Assembly: GCA_963708295.1 (NCBI GenBank)
Contig: CAVPSJ010000012.1
Span: 1-64,000 of the forward strand
Source of the DNA: an uncultured delta proteobacterium
GTDB lineage: Bacteria > Desulfobacterota > BSN033 > UBA1163
Direction: 5' to 3'
Length of the DNA: 64,000 bases
In this document: piece after piece, positions 41,432 through 50,940 of the stretch
How the letters are laid out: every line of letters begins with the position of its first letter
Numbering within the stretch: the stretch's first letter is position 1
Translations under genes and position numbers: made by a program
The notes under the pieces: model-generated
Databases searched by the model: none
Seen by the model: only the letters and a program-made list of their open reading frames with translations
Told to the model about the DNA's origin: nothing

Positions 41432-41660
41432 CGAATGCAGAATGCGGATTGCGGAATAAAATCATTCAAATAATAGATTCCCTCCGTCCGTGCCCTCGCC
41501 CATCACGAGGAGTATGGGCTCGGCAACGGGAATCTAAAATCCAAAGGAAGGAGGAAAGGGTAAGGACTTTAAGGCTAAGAGGCGAGAAATAATGGCAATT
41601 TCTTGATGCGATGCGCTAGGCCCTTTGCCTCCCGGCAGGCAGGCGCTATGCCTATCTCGG
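41432..41660. repeat. Composite repeat region (family-E arm, TAGATTCCC..GGGAATCTA hairpin, GCGCTA/GGCAGGCAGG remnants)
   Basis: GAATGCAGAATGCGGATTGCGGAATAAAA; TAGATTCCC (41474) / GGGAATCTA (41528); GCGATGCGCTAGG..CCGGCAGGCAGGCGCTATGC. Confidence 0.55.
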
Positions 41661-41676
41661 AACAGGAGGAATCAGG

Positions 41677-43071
41677 ATGATCACATTTAAAGAGGGGAAT
41701 TTAAGGATTCCTAAATGGAACCGAAAGGTTTTTATCGTGGCCGGAGGAACAACGGCCTATAAGAAATATTTTCCGGAATATAAGCTGGAAGAACTTGCGA
41801 TGCTGGCCTTCAAGAATATGCTGGAAGAGAACGACTTAAAAATGGACCCCCTGGAAGTCAAGGGTCTGATCAACTTTGCCACCTACGGGGAGTTCGCTGA
41901 CCACTTCCAGGATCAGCTCCTCTGTGAGGCTAAGATTCACGACTACCTGGGTCTGGAGCCCCTTCATAATTTAGGGATCAAGACAGGAGGGGCGACCGGG
42001 GGGTCGACCGTCCTTGCTGCCGCCATGGCCGTGGCTTCCGGTTATGCCAATGTGGCCCTTGCCGCAGGCTGGGAGCGAATGGACGAAGTGGACACCCGGA
42101 CAGGCAACTATTATATCGCCACGGCGGCCTGCAAGGATTTTGAAACCCGCCTGGGCCGGGTCTACTCCTCTTACTATGCCCCCATGGCGAACCGCTTTTC
42201 CGAGACCTTTAACGTATCCGAAGTCACCCGGGCAAAAATCGCTGTTAAAAACCACCTCTACGCCTGTTCTTCTCCCTATGCGCAACAGCCTGGAAAATAT
42301 ACGGTTGAGGAAGTCCTGGCCAGCCCCGTGTCCGCCTACCCGCTTCGATTCCTGGAATGCTGCGCCATGAGCGCCGGTGTGGCGTGTGTCCTGGTCTGCG
42401 ATGAAGAGACCGCTTACAGGTTAACGGACCACCCCTGCGAACTATTCATCTGTGGTGGAACGCATACGTTGCGCGTGGCTGACCGCCGGCACATGGAGAT
42501 ACCTTTGCTTCCACACGAAACTCCGGAGATGTACAAAGATCTTTACAAAAGAGAAGGGGCACGTTATCCGGGATTTGAGAGTTTCTTGGCAGCCAGATTT
42601 GCTGCCTGGCTGGTCTATCGTATGGCTGGTATTCAAAATCCCATCGAGGATTTGGACCTCGTGGAGCTTCACGATGCCTTCACCATCAGCGACCTGCAGA
42701 CTTATGGAGATATCGGCCTCAGGCCTTATGGTCAGGAGCAGGATTATATTGAATCCGGAGATGCGTATTACATCAACCCGAACACAGGGAAACCCGGGAA
42801 ATGCCCTTCTAACCTCTCAGGCGGACTCATCGGAACAATGCATGCAGTAGGAGCCACAGGAATCTTCCAGGCCGCCGAGTGTCTGTGGCAATTACAGCAG
42901 AAGTACGACAAATTTCATGGAGATCCCAAGATCTGGAAGAAATGGGGGAAAGAGAAACCCAAGGATTGGCAGAGCCTTCAAATCCCCGAGAACAGCAAAC
43001 AGGCCCTGTGGGTTTCTCACGCAGGAGTGGGTTCCCATGTTACCGTCGGCATTCTCAGAAAGAGCTGGTAA
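41677..43071 (+). CDS. Thiolase-fold protein (SCP-x/Ltp2-like) lacking the N-terminal nucleophilic Cys
   Basis: KTGGATGG in place of CASG, AKIAVKN, ELHDAF, NLSGGL..HAVGATG. Confidence 0.85.
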   Translation: MITFKEGNLRIPKWNRKVFIVAGGTTAYKKYFPEYKLEELAMLAFKNMLEENDLKMDPLEVKGLINFATYGEFADHFQDQLLCEAKIHDYLGLEPLHNLGIKTGGATGGSTVLAAAMAVASGYANVALAAGWERMDEVDTRTGNYYIATAACKDFETRLGRVYSSYYAPMANRFSETFNVSEVTRAKIAVKNHLYACSSPYAQQPGKYTVEEVLASPVSAYPLRFLECCAMSAGVACVLVCDEETAYRLTDHPCELFICGGTHTLRVADRRHMEIPLLPHETPEMYKDLYKREGARYPGFESFLAARFAAWLVYRMAGIQNPIEDLDLVELHDAFTISDLQTYGDIGLRPYGQEQDYIESGDAYYINPNTGKPGKCPSNLSGGLIGTMHAVGATGIFQAAECLWQLQQKYDKFHGDPKIWKKWGKEKPKDWQSLQIPENSKQALWVSHAGVGSHVTVGILRKSW

Positions 43072-43166
43072 CTCCTCTCTTTTCTCGAGAAGGACCAGCT
43101 TGGGGAAGGAGACAGCGCCGCGAGTCGGGTGCGTCCCAACGGAGCGGCACGAATCGTTTAGGGTAA

Positions 43167-43287
43167 ACCCCGTTAGAAAGTCTTCTACTTTCTAACGGGA
43201 CGGCTCACACGGGACATTAAACCGCGTGTTCACTGAAAAAGGAATAGTTTTTATCCCCGCTGCAAGCGGCGGGGCTTTCTAACGGGT
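43167..43287. mobile_element. Small non-autonomous element (MITE-like) with an IS200/IS605-type end hairpin
   Basis: Terminal ACCCCGTTAGAAAG ... CTTTCTAACGGGT, internal CTTTCTAACGGG (43188-99), and hairpin CCCCGCTGCAAGCGGCGGGG (43255-74). Confidence 0.6.
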
Positions 43288-43304
43288 AAAGGAGGCGAGG
43301 TCTC

Positions 43305-43880
43305 ATGGTGAAGAAAAAAATCCAGATAAGGAAAAAGGCAGCAACAAAGAAGAAAGTCCGACCGAAGAAGAAAGTTCAGGCGATGGAAAAAACAGAGACC
43401 AAATTCATTGGGAAGGTCACTAAAATACGTCAAAAAGAGCCGGCCACCGTCATCGAATGGCCCCGATCGATGACTCATGTCCATACCTATGGCATGCTCT
43501 CTCCTTTTTTTGAAGGTCTCAGGAAAGGAGAGTTACGAGCCACCTTCTGTCCAAATAACAACTGCCCGGAAAAACGCCTCTGGATCCCGCCGCGGGCCCA
43601 TTGCCCGGATTGCCATGCCGAGATGACCTGGAAATCTTTGGCCAATCCAGTGATCGGCAAGATCTACACCTTTACCGAAGTTGTTTATGCCGGGACCGGA
43701 ATCGAGCTCTCTACCCCCTACTGGCAAGTCGACGTCGAAATTCCAGGGTTGGCCACCATCCCCAAGAGTTATTTGTTATACGGAAAGCCCTACATTGGGA
43801 TGAAGGTCAAGGCGGAATTTAGGACAAAGACCCCCAGCAATACGGTGCTCGATTATTACTGGGTCCCTTATGAAGGATAG
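43305..43880 (+). CDS. Zn-ribbon/OB-fold (DUF35) partner of the thiolase-like protein
   Basis: FFEGL..G.L..CPNNNC..PPRAHCPDC, GKIYTFT, IGMKVKAEF. Confidence 0.88.
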   Translation: MVKKKIQIRKKAATKKKVRPKKKVQAMEKTETKFIGKVTKIRQKEPATVIEWPRSMTHVHTYGMLSPFFEGLRKGELRATFCPNNNCPEKRLWIPPRAHCPDCHAEMTWKSLANPVIGKIYTFTEVVYAGTGIELSTPYWQVDVEIPGLATIPKSYLLYGKPYIGMKVKAEFRTKTPSNTVLDYYWVPYEG

Positions 43881-44380
43881 AAACGCGACGCGGAGACTCG
43901 GAGACACGGAGAGGCCGAAATGCCTGATATCAGATCGTTCAGAGAACTTAAAGTCTGGAAAAAGGCAATGGATCTTGCTATGGAGATATTTGAAACAACC
44001 AAGGGATTTCCAATGGAAGAAAGATATTCTCTGACTGATCAAATTCGACGTTCTTCGCGGTCCGTTCCGACAAATATTGCGGAAGCATGGCGCAAGCGGC
44101 GATATCCGGCTGCCTTTGTTAGTAAGCTGAATGATGCCGAAGGCGAATCGGCAGAAACTCAGACTCATCTGGAGATGGCAAAACGTTGTGGCTATATTGA
44201 TTCGACATCAGCCTCTCGTCTTGATAATTCGTATGAAGAAATCATGGCCATGCTTGTTTCTATGGTCGCACGGCCTCAACAATGGGCCATCCGGCCATCT
44301 AACAACCCGAAATTTTCAAAATAAGGTGTGAGAAATTCTCCACATCTCCGTGTCTCCGCGTCTCTATGTCTCCGTGTCTG
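43881..44380. mobile_element. Four-helix-bundle gene cassette bounded by inverted 8-nt repeat arrays (family F: GACACGGA / TCCGTGTC)
   Basis: Left GACGCGGA GACTCGGA GACACGGA GA (43887-912); right TCTCCACA TCTCCGTG TCTCCGCG TCTCTATG TCTCCGTG TC (44337-378). Mobility is inferred. Confidence 0.6.
43920..44324 (+). CDS. Four helix bundle protein (23S rRNA IVP/S23-like)
   Basis: FRELKVWKKAM..FPMEERYSLTDQIRRSSRSVPTNIAE..F..L..A.G...ET. Confidence 0.92.
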   Translation: MPDIRSFRELKVWKKAMDLAMEIFETTKGFPMEERYSLTDQIRRSSRSVPTNIAEAWRKRRYPAAFVSKLNDAEGESAETQTHLEMAKRCGYIDSTSASRLDNSYEEIMAMLVSMVARPQQWAIRPSNNPKFSK

Positions 44381-44400
44381 TTACATTTGGGAGGTAACCT

Positions 44401-45570
44401 ATGGCTCTCGATTTTGATTTGAATGACGAGCAGCAAATGCTTCGAAAGATGGTCCGAAGTTTTGCTGAAAAAGAGATCGCTCCCGTTGCTCAGGAACTGG
44501 ATGACAAAGAAGAATTTTCCTACTCGCTGACAAAGCGGATGGGAGACCTTGGCCTCTTTGGCCCTTTTGTCCCTGAGACATATGGTGGAAGCAATGTCGG
44601 TTATGTCTCCTACATTATCGCCGTGGAAGAGGTTGCGAGAATCGATGGGTCACAAGCGGCCACCCTTGCCGCCGGGAACTCGCTCGGAATTTCACCCATC
44701 TATTATTACGGGAATGATGAGCAGAAGAAAGAGTGGCTTCCTGAGCTCTGCGCAGGAAAAGCCCTTTCCTCCTTTGGTCTGACCGAACCCAACGCCGGCT
44801 CGGATGCGGGAGCATCCCAAACAAAGGCGGTTCTGGAAGGAGACCGGTGGGTCATCAATGGCTCGAAAATCTTTATAACCAATTCGACGACCGACATCAG
44901 CAAGGTCTGTGTGGTCCAGGCCGTCACAGGAAAAAGAGAAGACGGAAGAACCGAACTCTCTTGCATTCTGGTTCCGAACGGGACGCCGGGGTTCACAACA
45001 AAGACCATGCATGGGAAGATGGTCTGGAGGTCTTCCAATACGGGAGAACTTTATTTCACCGACTGCAAAGCTCCCAAAAGGAATCTTCTCGGCCGGCGCG
45101 GAGACGGCTTTCATCAGATGCTGGCTACCCTGGACGGCGGAAGATTGAGCATCGCCGCCATGGGACTGGGCGGCGCTCAGGGGGCTTTCGAGCTGGCGCT
45201 TAAATATGCCACCGAGCGGGAGCAATTCGGAAGGCCGATCGGTTCCTTTCAGGTCAATTCCTTCAAGCTGGCGGACATGGCCACAGAAATTGAATTGGCA
45301 AGGCTATTGCTCTATAAGGCCTGCTGGTTGTGTGAGCAGCATCGGCCTTTCTCCATGGAATCGGCGATGGCGAAGATGTTCTGCTCCGAGATGTATCATC
45401 GTGTGGCCAACCAGGCAGTTCAACTTCATGGAGGGTATGGTTTGATGAAAGAATATGCCGTCGAGCGCCATTACCGAAACCAGAAGTTACTGGATATTGG
45501 AGAGGGAACTTCAGAGGTTCAGAGAATTGTCATCGCCCGGCACATCGGAGTCCCGGGAAGAGCCCTCTAA
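44401..45570 (+). CDS. Acyl-CoA dehydrogenase (short/branched-chain type)
   Basis: FGLTEPNAGSD, INGSKIFITN, GGRLSIAA, HGGYG, IGEGTSEVQR. Confidence 0.95.
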   Translation: MALDFDLNDEQQMLRKMVRSFAEKEIAPVAQELDDKEEFSYSLTKRMGDLGLFGPFVPETYGGSNVGYVSYIIAVEEVARIDGSQAATLAAGNSLGISPIYYYGNDEQKKEWLPELCAGKALSSFGLTEPNAGSDAGASQTKAVLEGDRWVINGSKIFITNSTTDISKVCVVQAVTGKREDGRTELSCILVPNGTPGFTTKTMHGKMVWRSSNTGELYFTDCKAPKRNLLGRRGDGFHQMLATLDGGRLSIAAMGLGGAQGAFELALKYATEREQFGRPIGSFQVNSFKLADMATEIELARLLLYKACWLCEQHRPFSMESAMAKMFCSEMYHRVANQAVQLHGGYGLMKEYAVERHYRNQKLLDIGEGTSEVQRIVIARHIGVPGRAL

Positions 45571-45577
45571 CGTTGGG

Positions 45578-45672
45578 GGTGATGAATGATGAGTTATGAA
45601 TCAAAACCCTTGGTTGTTAACCCTGAATTCTTAACTCCCTAACTCTCACCTCTTCATTCTCAACTCTTAATT
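45578..45672. repeat. Inverted heptamer cassette, family D
   Basis: GGTGATG AATGATG AGTTATG AAT ... AATTCTT AACTCCC TAACTCT CACCTCT TCATTCT CAACTCT TAATT. Confidence 0.7.
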
Positions 45673-45716
45673 TATCTGTTGCCTCTTTTTCTGAGTTCTG
45701 ATATTTTGTTGACACG

Positions 45717-46667
45717 ATGACTTTAGCGAAACGCATTTTGGACGGGGATATTCGGGCTGCTTCCAGGCTGATGAGGGATATTGACGACCGCATCCCCAGC
45801 GCCATGGAATCACTCAAAGAACTTTATCCTCATACAGGGAAAGCCTATATCATTGGAATCACTGGCCCTCCGGGATCGGGCAAGTCCACCATCGTGGATA
45901 AGATGGTGGACTTCTTCCGGAAAGAAGGAAAAACGGTTGGGATTGTCGCTGTCGATCCCACCAGCCCCTTTTCCGGGGGAGCGATCTTAGGGGATCGCAT
46001 TCGGATGCAACGCCATGCTACGGATGAAGGGGTTTTCATCCGCTCCCTTGCGACCCGGGGATGCCTGGGGGGTTTGACGCGTTCGACTCAGGATATCATT
46101 AACGTCATGGATGCCATGGGAAAGGATATCATCCTGGTCGAAACGGTCGGCGTGGGCCAGGATGAAGTGGAGATTGTCCATACCGCTCACACCTCCATCG
46201 TCATCCTCGTCCCCGGTCTGGGAGATGACATCCAGGCCATTAAGGCTGGAGTGATAGAAATCGCAGACCTCTTCGTCATCAACAAATGTGACCGGGACGG
46301 GACGGATAAGGTGGAACGAGATCTCAGACTCGCTCTCGAAATGGGCCGCAGGAGGGACGACGGGTGGGAGCCTCCCATTTTGAAGACCGAGGCGATCACG
46401 GGGAAAGGGGTCTTTGAACTGGTTTATGGAATCCTTCGCCACAAGAAAGCCATGGAAAAGAACAACGTCTTGGAAAAGAAACGGAGAGAGAGGGCGAAGA
46501 CGACCTTTTTAGAGATCCTTACAAGCGAGGTCATGGCCCATTTTATCCAGAAAATAGAGGAAGAGGGAAAATGGGAAACGATGATCGATGACCTGATGAA
46601 TCGGCGGACGGATCCTTACTCCATGGCGGAAAGAATCATGACCGAGGAGTTGGATAAAACTCATTAA
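45717..46667 (+). CDS. meaB: MeaB/ArgK G-protein chaperone of B12 mutases
   Basis: GPPGSGKST, VDPTSPFSGGAILGDRIRM, ETVGVGQ, QAIKAG, NKCD. Confidence 0.95.
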   Translation: MTLAKRILDGDIRAASRLMRDIDDRIPSAMESLKELYPHTGKAYIIGITGPPGSGKSTIVDKMVDFFRKEGKTVGIVAVDPTSPFSGGAILGDRIRMQRHATDEGVFIRSLATRGCLGGLTRSTQDIINVMDAMGKDIILVETVGVGQDEVEIVHTAHTSIVILVPGLGDDIQAIKAGVIEIADLFVINKCDRDGTDKVERDLRLALEMGRRRDDGWEPPILKTEAITGKGVFELVYGILRHKKAMEKNNVLEKKRRERAKTTFLEILTSEVMAHFIQKIEEEGKWETMIDDLMNRRTDPYSMAERIMTEELDKTH

Positions 46668-46890
46668 ACTCAAATTTCAAAAATCGGATGCCAAGTGAAT
46701 GTCAAAGTTCAAAATCGGAGACCCTTCAAATCTAGGGCAACCTCTAAAGATGTCATTCCTGGGGATCACGGATCCGGAAGCCTCTAACCACATGTCACTC
46801 CCGCCGGGGCGGGAGTGACATGGGTAATCCTTAGAGAGGTCCTTGAGCTTCGGGTTTGAATTGACATTTGAACGTTGTCAATTGGCATCT
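46668..46890. repeat. Nested repeat: TGTCAAA/TTGACAT heptamer cassette containing a TIR MITE containing a perfect 15-bp hairpin
   Basis: Outer GATGCCAA..ATGTCAAAGTTCAAA / TTTGAATTGACATTTGAA..TTGGCATC; middle AGGGCAACCTCTAA / TTAGAGAGGTCCTT; inner CATGTCACTCCCGCC-GG-GGCGGGAGTGACATG (46791-46822). Confidence 0.75.
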
Positions 46891-46924
46891 CTACTTCAAT
46901 ATTTTGGCGGGAGGAGAATCCTTC

Positions 46925-48499
46925 ATGAAGTCTATTGAAGCCATCCGTAAGGAACTGGAGAAGAGACGAGCCGAAGCTTCATTAGGTGGAGGGCAGGAAA
47001 GAATCGATAAACAGCACCAGGATGGGAAACTGACCGCCCGGGAACGCATCGATCTTCTCTTTGATGCCGGAACGTTTGTCGAGCTGGATCGTTTCGTCAC
47101 CCATCACTGCACCGATTTTGGCATGGAGAAGAAGAAATTCTTTGGAGATGGGGTGGTCACAGGTTATGGAAAGATTGAGGGCCGTCTGGTCTATGTATTT
47201 TCTCAAGATTTTACCGTGTTCGGCGGTGCCCTCGGGATGGCCTTTGCTGAAAAGATCTGTAAAGTGATGGATCTCGCCATGAAGACAGGAGCCCCGGTGA
47301 TCGGGTTGAACGATTCCGGAGGAGCAAGAATTCAGGAGGGTGTTGAGAGTCTCGCTGGCTACGCTTATATTTTTCTGAGAAATGTCCTCGCTTCGGGAGT
47401 CATCCCTCAAATCTCAGCCATCATGGGCCCCTGTGCCGGAGGGGCGGTCTATTCCCCCGCCATGACGGATTTCATCTTGATGACCAAAGAAACGAGCTAT
47501 ATGCATATCACGGGTCCGGATGTCATCCGGGCAGCCCTGGGTAAAACGGCAACCCATGATGGGAAGCCCATCACTTCTGAACTATTAGGCGGTGCCAGAG
47601 TCCACATGGAAAAAAGTGGCGTCGCCCATTTTGCAGGGGAGAATGACGAGGATACCATCCGTCTCATCAAGGAGTTGCTCCAATTCTTTCCGCAAAATAA
47701 TCGAGAGAAACCACCCCTCATCGAATGTGCTGACGATCCCAACCGGATGGACGAGTCACTCAAGACGGCGGTTCCCGAGGATTCCAAAAAAGCCTACGAT
47801 ATGAAGAAAGTGATCCTTCCGACCGTGGATAACGGTCATTTTCTGGAAGTGCAAAAGGATTGGGCCAAGAACATCATCGTCGGCTTTGCCCGTTATAACG
47901 GAATGCCTGTAGGCATTATCGCAAATCAACCCTATTGGCTTGCAGGATCTCTTGACCCGGATTCTTCGGTAAAGGCAGGCCGATTTGTTCGTTTCTGCGA
48001 CTGCTTTAACATCCCTTTAATCACCTTTGTGGATGTCCCGGGTTTCCTCCCCGGAATGGATATGGAAGAAAGAGGAATCATTCGACACGGGGCTAAACTC
48101 CTGTACGCGTTCTGCGAAGCAACGGTCCCCAAAATTACGATCATCACCCGTAAAGGTTATGGGGGGGCCTATGATGTGATGTCGAGCAAGCACATCCGGG
48201 GAGATATCAATTATTGTTACCCCACCGCCGAAATTGCAGTCATGGGGGCGGAGGGAGCGGTCAATGTCATCTTCCGGAACGAAATCAAAGGGGCGAAGGA
48301 TGCCAAGGAGACGCGCCAGGGACTGGTCGCTGAATATCATGACAAATTTGCCAGCCCTTATAAGGCAGCGGAATTAGGGTATGTGGATGAAATCATCGAA
48401 CCCGAGGAAACCCGCCCCAAGATCATCCAGGCTCTTGATATTTTGAAGACCAAAGTCGATACCAACCCCTGGCGCAAACACGGAAATATTCCGCTGTAA
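46925..48499 (+). CDS. pccB: Acyl-CoA carboxyltransferase (propionyl-CoA carboxylase beta / methylmalonyl-CoA decarboxylase alpha)
   Basis: [43 protein letters not shown]. Confidence 0.9.
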   Translation: MKSIEAIRKELEKRRAEASLGGGQERIDKQHQDGKLTARERIDLLFDAGTFVELDRFVTHHCTDFGMEKKKFFGDGVVTGYGKIEGRLVYVFSQDFTVFGGALGMAFAEKICKVMDLAMKTGAPVIGLNDSGGARIQEGVESLAGYAYIFLRNVLASGVIPQISAIMGPCAGGAVYSPAMTDFILMTKETSYMHITGPDVIRAALGKTATHDGKPITSELLGGARVHMEKSGVAHFAGENDEDTIRLIKELLQFFPQNNREKPPLIECADDPNRMDESLKTAVPEDSKKAYDMKKVILPTVDNGHFLEVQKDWAKNIIVGFARYNGMPVGIIANQPYWLAGSLDPDSSVKAGRFVRFCDCFNIPLITFVDVPGFLPGMDMEERGIIRHGAKLLYAFCEATVPKITIITRKGYGGAYDVMSSKHIRGDINYCYPTAEIAVMGAEGAVNVIFRNEIKGAKDAKETRQGLVAEYHDKFASPYKAAELGYVDEIIEPEETRPKIIQALDILKTKVDTNPWRKHGNIPL

Positions 48500-48502
48500 G
48501 CG

Positions 48503-48565
48503 GAACTCCGAAGCACGAAATACGATTTTCGGATTTCGATATTTGAATTTCGGATTTAAGATTTC
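48503..48565. repeat. Inverted heptamer cassette, family B (short)
   Basis: AACTCCGAAGCACGAAAT ... TTCGGATTTCGATATTTGAATTTCGGATTT. Confidence 0.8.
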
Positions 48566-48578
48566 TTATGAGGTGAAC

Positions 48579-50234
48579 ATGTCCAAGACCATTCGAGATG
48601 AATTTGAACGATGGGAAAAAACGACCCTCAACAAAACCCTTTCCAAGGCGCCTGAACGAGAGCCTTCGTTCAAAACCACTTCCCATATTGAATTAAAACG
48701 CCTCTATACCCCCCTGGACGTCGCGGAGTTGGATTACTGCGATCAGTTGGGATTCCCCGGGGAGATCCCATTCACAAGGGGAGTTCAGCCCACCATGTAC
48801 CGGGGGCGGTTCTGGACCATGCGCCAGTATGCAGGGTTTGCCACTCCCGAAGAGACGAACAAACGATACAAGTACCTCCTGGAGCATGGGCAAACCGGGT
48901 TGAGCGTGGCCTTCGACCTCCCAACGCAGATTGGTTACGATTCCGACCATCCTTTGTCCGACGGGGAAGTGGGCAAGGTCGGGGTGGCGATCGATACCCT
49001 CAAGGACATGGAGATCCTTTTCGAGGGTATCCCTCTGGATAAGGTCTCCACTTCCATGACGATCAACGCCACGGCCGCCATCCTCCTGACGATGTACCTT
49101 GCTGTCGCAGAAAAACAGGGAGTTCAGACTGACGTTCTCCAGGGGACGATACAGAACGATATTTTGAAAGAATACGCCGCCAGAGGGACCTACATCTATC
49201 CGCCTCCCGAATCGATGCGCATCGTGACCGATATTTTCGCATTTTGCAAAGATCACGCCCCCCGATGGAATACCATCAGCATCAGCGGGTATCACATGCG
49301 TGAAGCAGGCTGCACGGCTGTCCAGGAAGTAGCCTTTACCCTGGCCGACGGGATTGCTTACGTCGAGGCGGCGATTCGGGCGGGTCTGGATGTGGACTCT
49401 TTTGCCTCCAGGCTGGCCTTCTTCTTCTGCTGCCATAACACCTTCATCGAAGAAGTGGCCAAATTCAGGGCGGCCCGAAGGCTCTGGTCAAAAATAATGA
49501 GGGAACGATTCAGGGCCAAAAAAGACGAATCCTGCATGCTGAGGTTCCATACCCAGACAGCCGGGTGTTCCCTGACCGCCCAACAACCCGACAACAACGT
49601 GGTGAGGGTAGCTTTCCAGGCCTTAGCTGCCGTGTTGGGCGGAACGCAATCACTCCACACAAATTCCAAGGATGAAGCGTATGCACTGCCTACTGAAGAT
49701 TCTGTGAGGATCGCCCTGAGAACCCAGCAGCTCATTGCCTACGAAAGCGGGGTTGCGGATATGATCGATCCCCTTGGAGGATCTTATGCAGTGGAAGCTC
49801 TCACGGAGGAGATAGAAAGAAAATCCAAGGAATACATCGAAAAGATCGAAGCCATGGGCGGAGCCGTGAAAGCGATCGAATCGGGTTACATCCAGGGGGA
49901 GATTGGGGAAAGCGCCTACCAATATCAAAAAGAGATCGAAGCCAAGAAGCGGATCATTGTCGGATTGAACCAGTTTCAGGTTGAAGAGGAGCCTCTGAGG
50001 AATATCCTTCGTATCAAGCCCGAGATGGAACGATACCAGAAGGAAAAGCTGGCCAGGGTAAAGAAAGAGAGAAACAATGCGAAAGTGAAAGAAAGCTTGG
50101 CTGATTTGAAAAGGACGGCCGAGGGGACAGAGAATCTGGTGCCTCCGATTTTGGAAGCGGTCAAGGCTTATGCAAGCCTGGGAGAAGTCTCCGATACCTT
50201 AAGAGAAGTGTTTGGAGAATATAGAGAACGATGA
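48579..50234 (+). CDS. Methylmalonyl-CoA mutase large subunit
   Basis: WTMRQYAGF (Tyr), [15 protein letters not shown] (Arg), SISGYH. Confidence 0.88.
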   Translation: MSKTIRDEFERWEKTTLNKTLSKAPEREPSFKTTSHIELKRLYTPLDVAELDYCDQLGFPGEIPFTRGVQPTMYRGRFWTMRQYAGFATPEETNKRYKYLLEHGQTGLSVAFDLPTQIGYDSDHPLSDGEVGKVGVAIDTLKDMEILFEGIPLDKVSTSMTINATAAILLTMYLAVAEKQGVQTDVLQGTIQNDILKEYAARGTYIYPPPESMRIVTDIFAFCKDHAPRWNTISISGYHMREAGCTAVQEVAFTLADGIAYVEAAIRAGLDVDSFASRLAFFFCCHNTFIEEVAKFRAARRLWSKIMRERFRAKKDESCMLRFHTQTAGCSLTAQQPDNNVVRVAFQALAAVLGGTQSLHTNSKDEAYALPTEDSVRIALRTQQLIAYESGVADMIDPLGGSYAVEALTEEIERKSKEYIEKIEAMGGAVKAIESGYIQGEIGESAYQYQKEIEAKKRIIVGLNQFQVEEEPLRNILRIKPEMERYQKEKLARVKKERNNAKVKESLADLKRTAEGTENLVPPILEAVKAYASLGEVSDTLREVFGEYRER

Positions 50235-50316
50235 TTTCAAATTGCAAATTGCAGATCGCAAATTGAAATTCTTTGAATGAACTTTCAATCTGAAATTTGA
50301 AATCCGCAATTTGAAA
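50233..50316. repeat. Inverted heptamer cassette (ATTGCAA/ATTTGAA type)
   Basis: ATTTCAA ATTGCAA ATTGCAG ATCGCAA ATTGAAA ... TTTCAAT CTGAAAT TTGAAAT CCGCAAT TTGAAAT. Confidence 0.82.
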
Positions 50317-50329
50317 TGGGGGTGAAGAA

Positions 50330-50725
50330 ATGTCCCGAAAGATAAGAGTGCTCATTGCGAAACCGGGGTTGGACGGCCACGACAGGGGGGCGAAGGTGAT
50401 TGCACGGGCCCTGAGGGACGCCGGTATGGAAGTGATCTACACTGGAATACGACAGACGCCGGAGCAGATTGCCAGTGCGGCGATCCAGGAAGATGTGGAT
50501 ATCGTAGGCCTTTCCAGTCTCTCCGGTGCCCACAACAGCCTCTTCCCCAAGGTTGTTCAGATTCTAAAAGAAAAAGGAGCAGAAGATATCCTCGTTTTTG
50601 GAGGGGGAATTATCCCGGTCGACGATATTCCGGAACTGAAGAAGGCCGGGATCAGGGGGATCTTCCAACCGGGCACCTCGACAGAGGACATCATTAAGTA
50701 TATCCAAGAGAATGTAAAAATCTAA
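50330..50725 (+). CDS. B12-binding small subunit of methylmalonyl-CoA mutase
   Basis: [28 protein letters not shown]. Confidence 0.93.
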   Translation: MSRKIRVLIAKPGLDGHDRGAKVIARALRDAGMEVIYTGIRQTPEQIASAAIQEDVDIVGLSSLSGAHNSLFPKVVQILKEKGAEDILVFGGGIIPVDDIPELKKAGIRGIFQPGTSTEDIIKYIQENVKI

Positions 50726-50726
50726 T

Positions 50727-50845
50727 CCCACCCCCACCCCACCCTCCCCCTGAAGGGGAGGGAAACCGTTTTATCCCTCTCTCTGAACGGGGGGCAACTT
50801 CTGTCTCCTCCCCCTTCAAGGGGCAGGTCAGGAGGGGGATGGGGT
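50727..50845. repeat. C-rich/G-rich palindromic intergenic repeat (CCCCCACCCCACCCTCCCCC..GGGGAGGG type)
   Basis: Paired hairpins CCCTCCCCCTGAAGGGGAGGG and CTCCCCCTTCAAGGGG..GGAGGGGGATGGGG. Similar hairpins occur at ~18465-18490 and ~63212-63250. Confidence 0.65.
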
Positions 50846-50940
50846 ATCGGTCGGAGTAGTATTTGTATTGGAATGATCCCTTGGATAAGCTTCGCCCGAT
50901 ATTCGGATTTCGGATTTATAATGTCAACCGGGAGGATGCG

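Noticed and set aside
12984-44324. Four-helix-bundle genes as DGR Avd or rRNA IVS
   Set aside because: There is no reverse transcriptase, no TR/VR pair that I could see, and no rRNA gene in the window.
12889-50920. Intergenic repeat arrays as CRISPR arrays
   Set aside because: The period is 6-8 nt with no unique spacers, the arms are inverted, and there are no cas genes.
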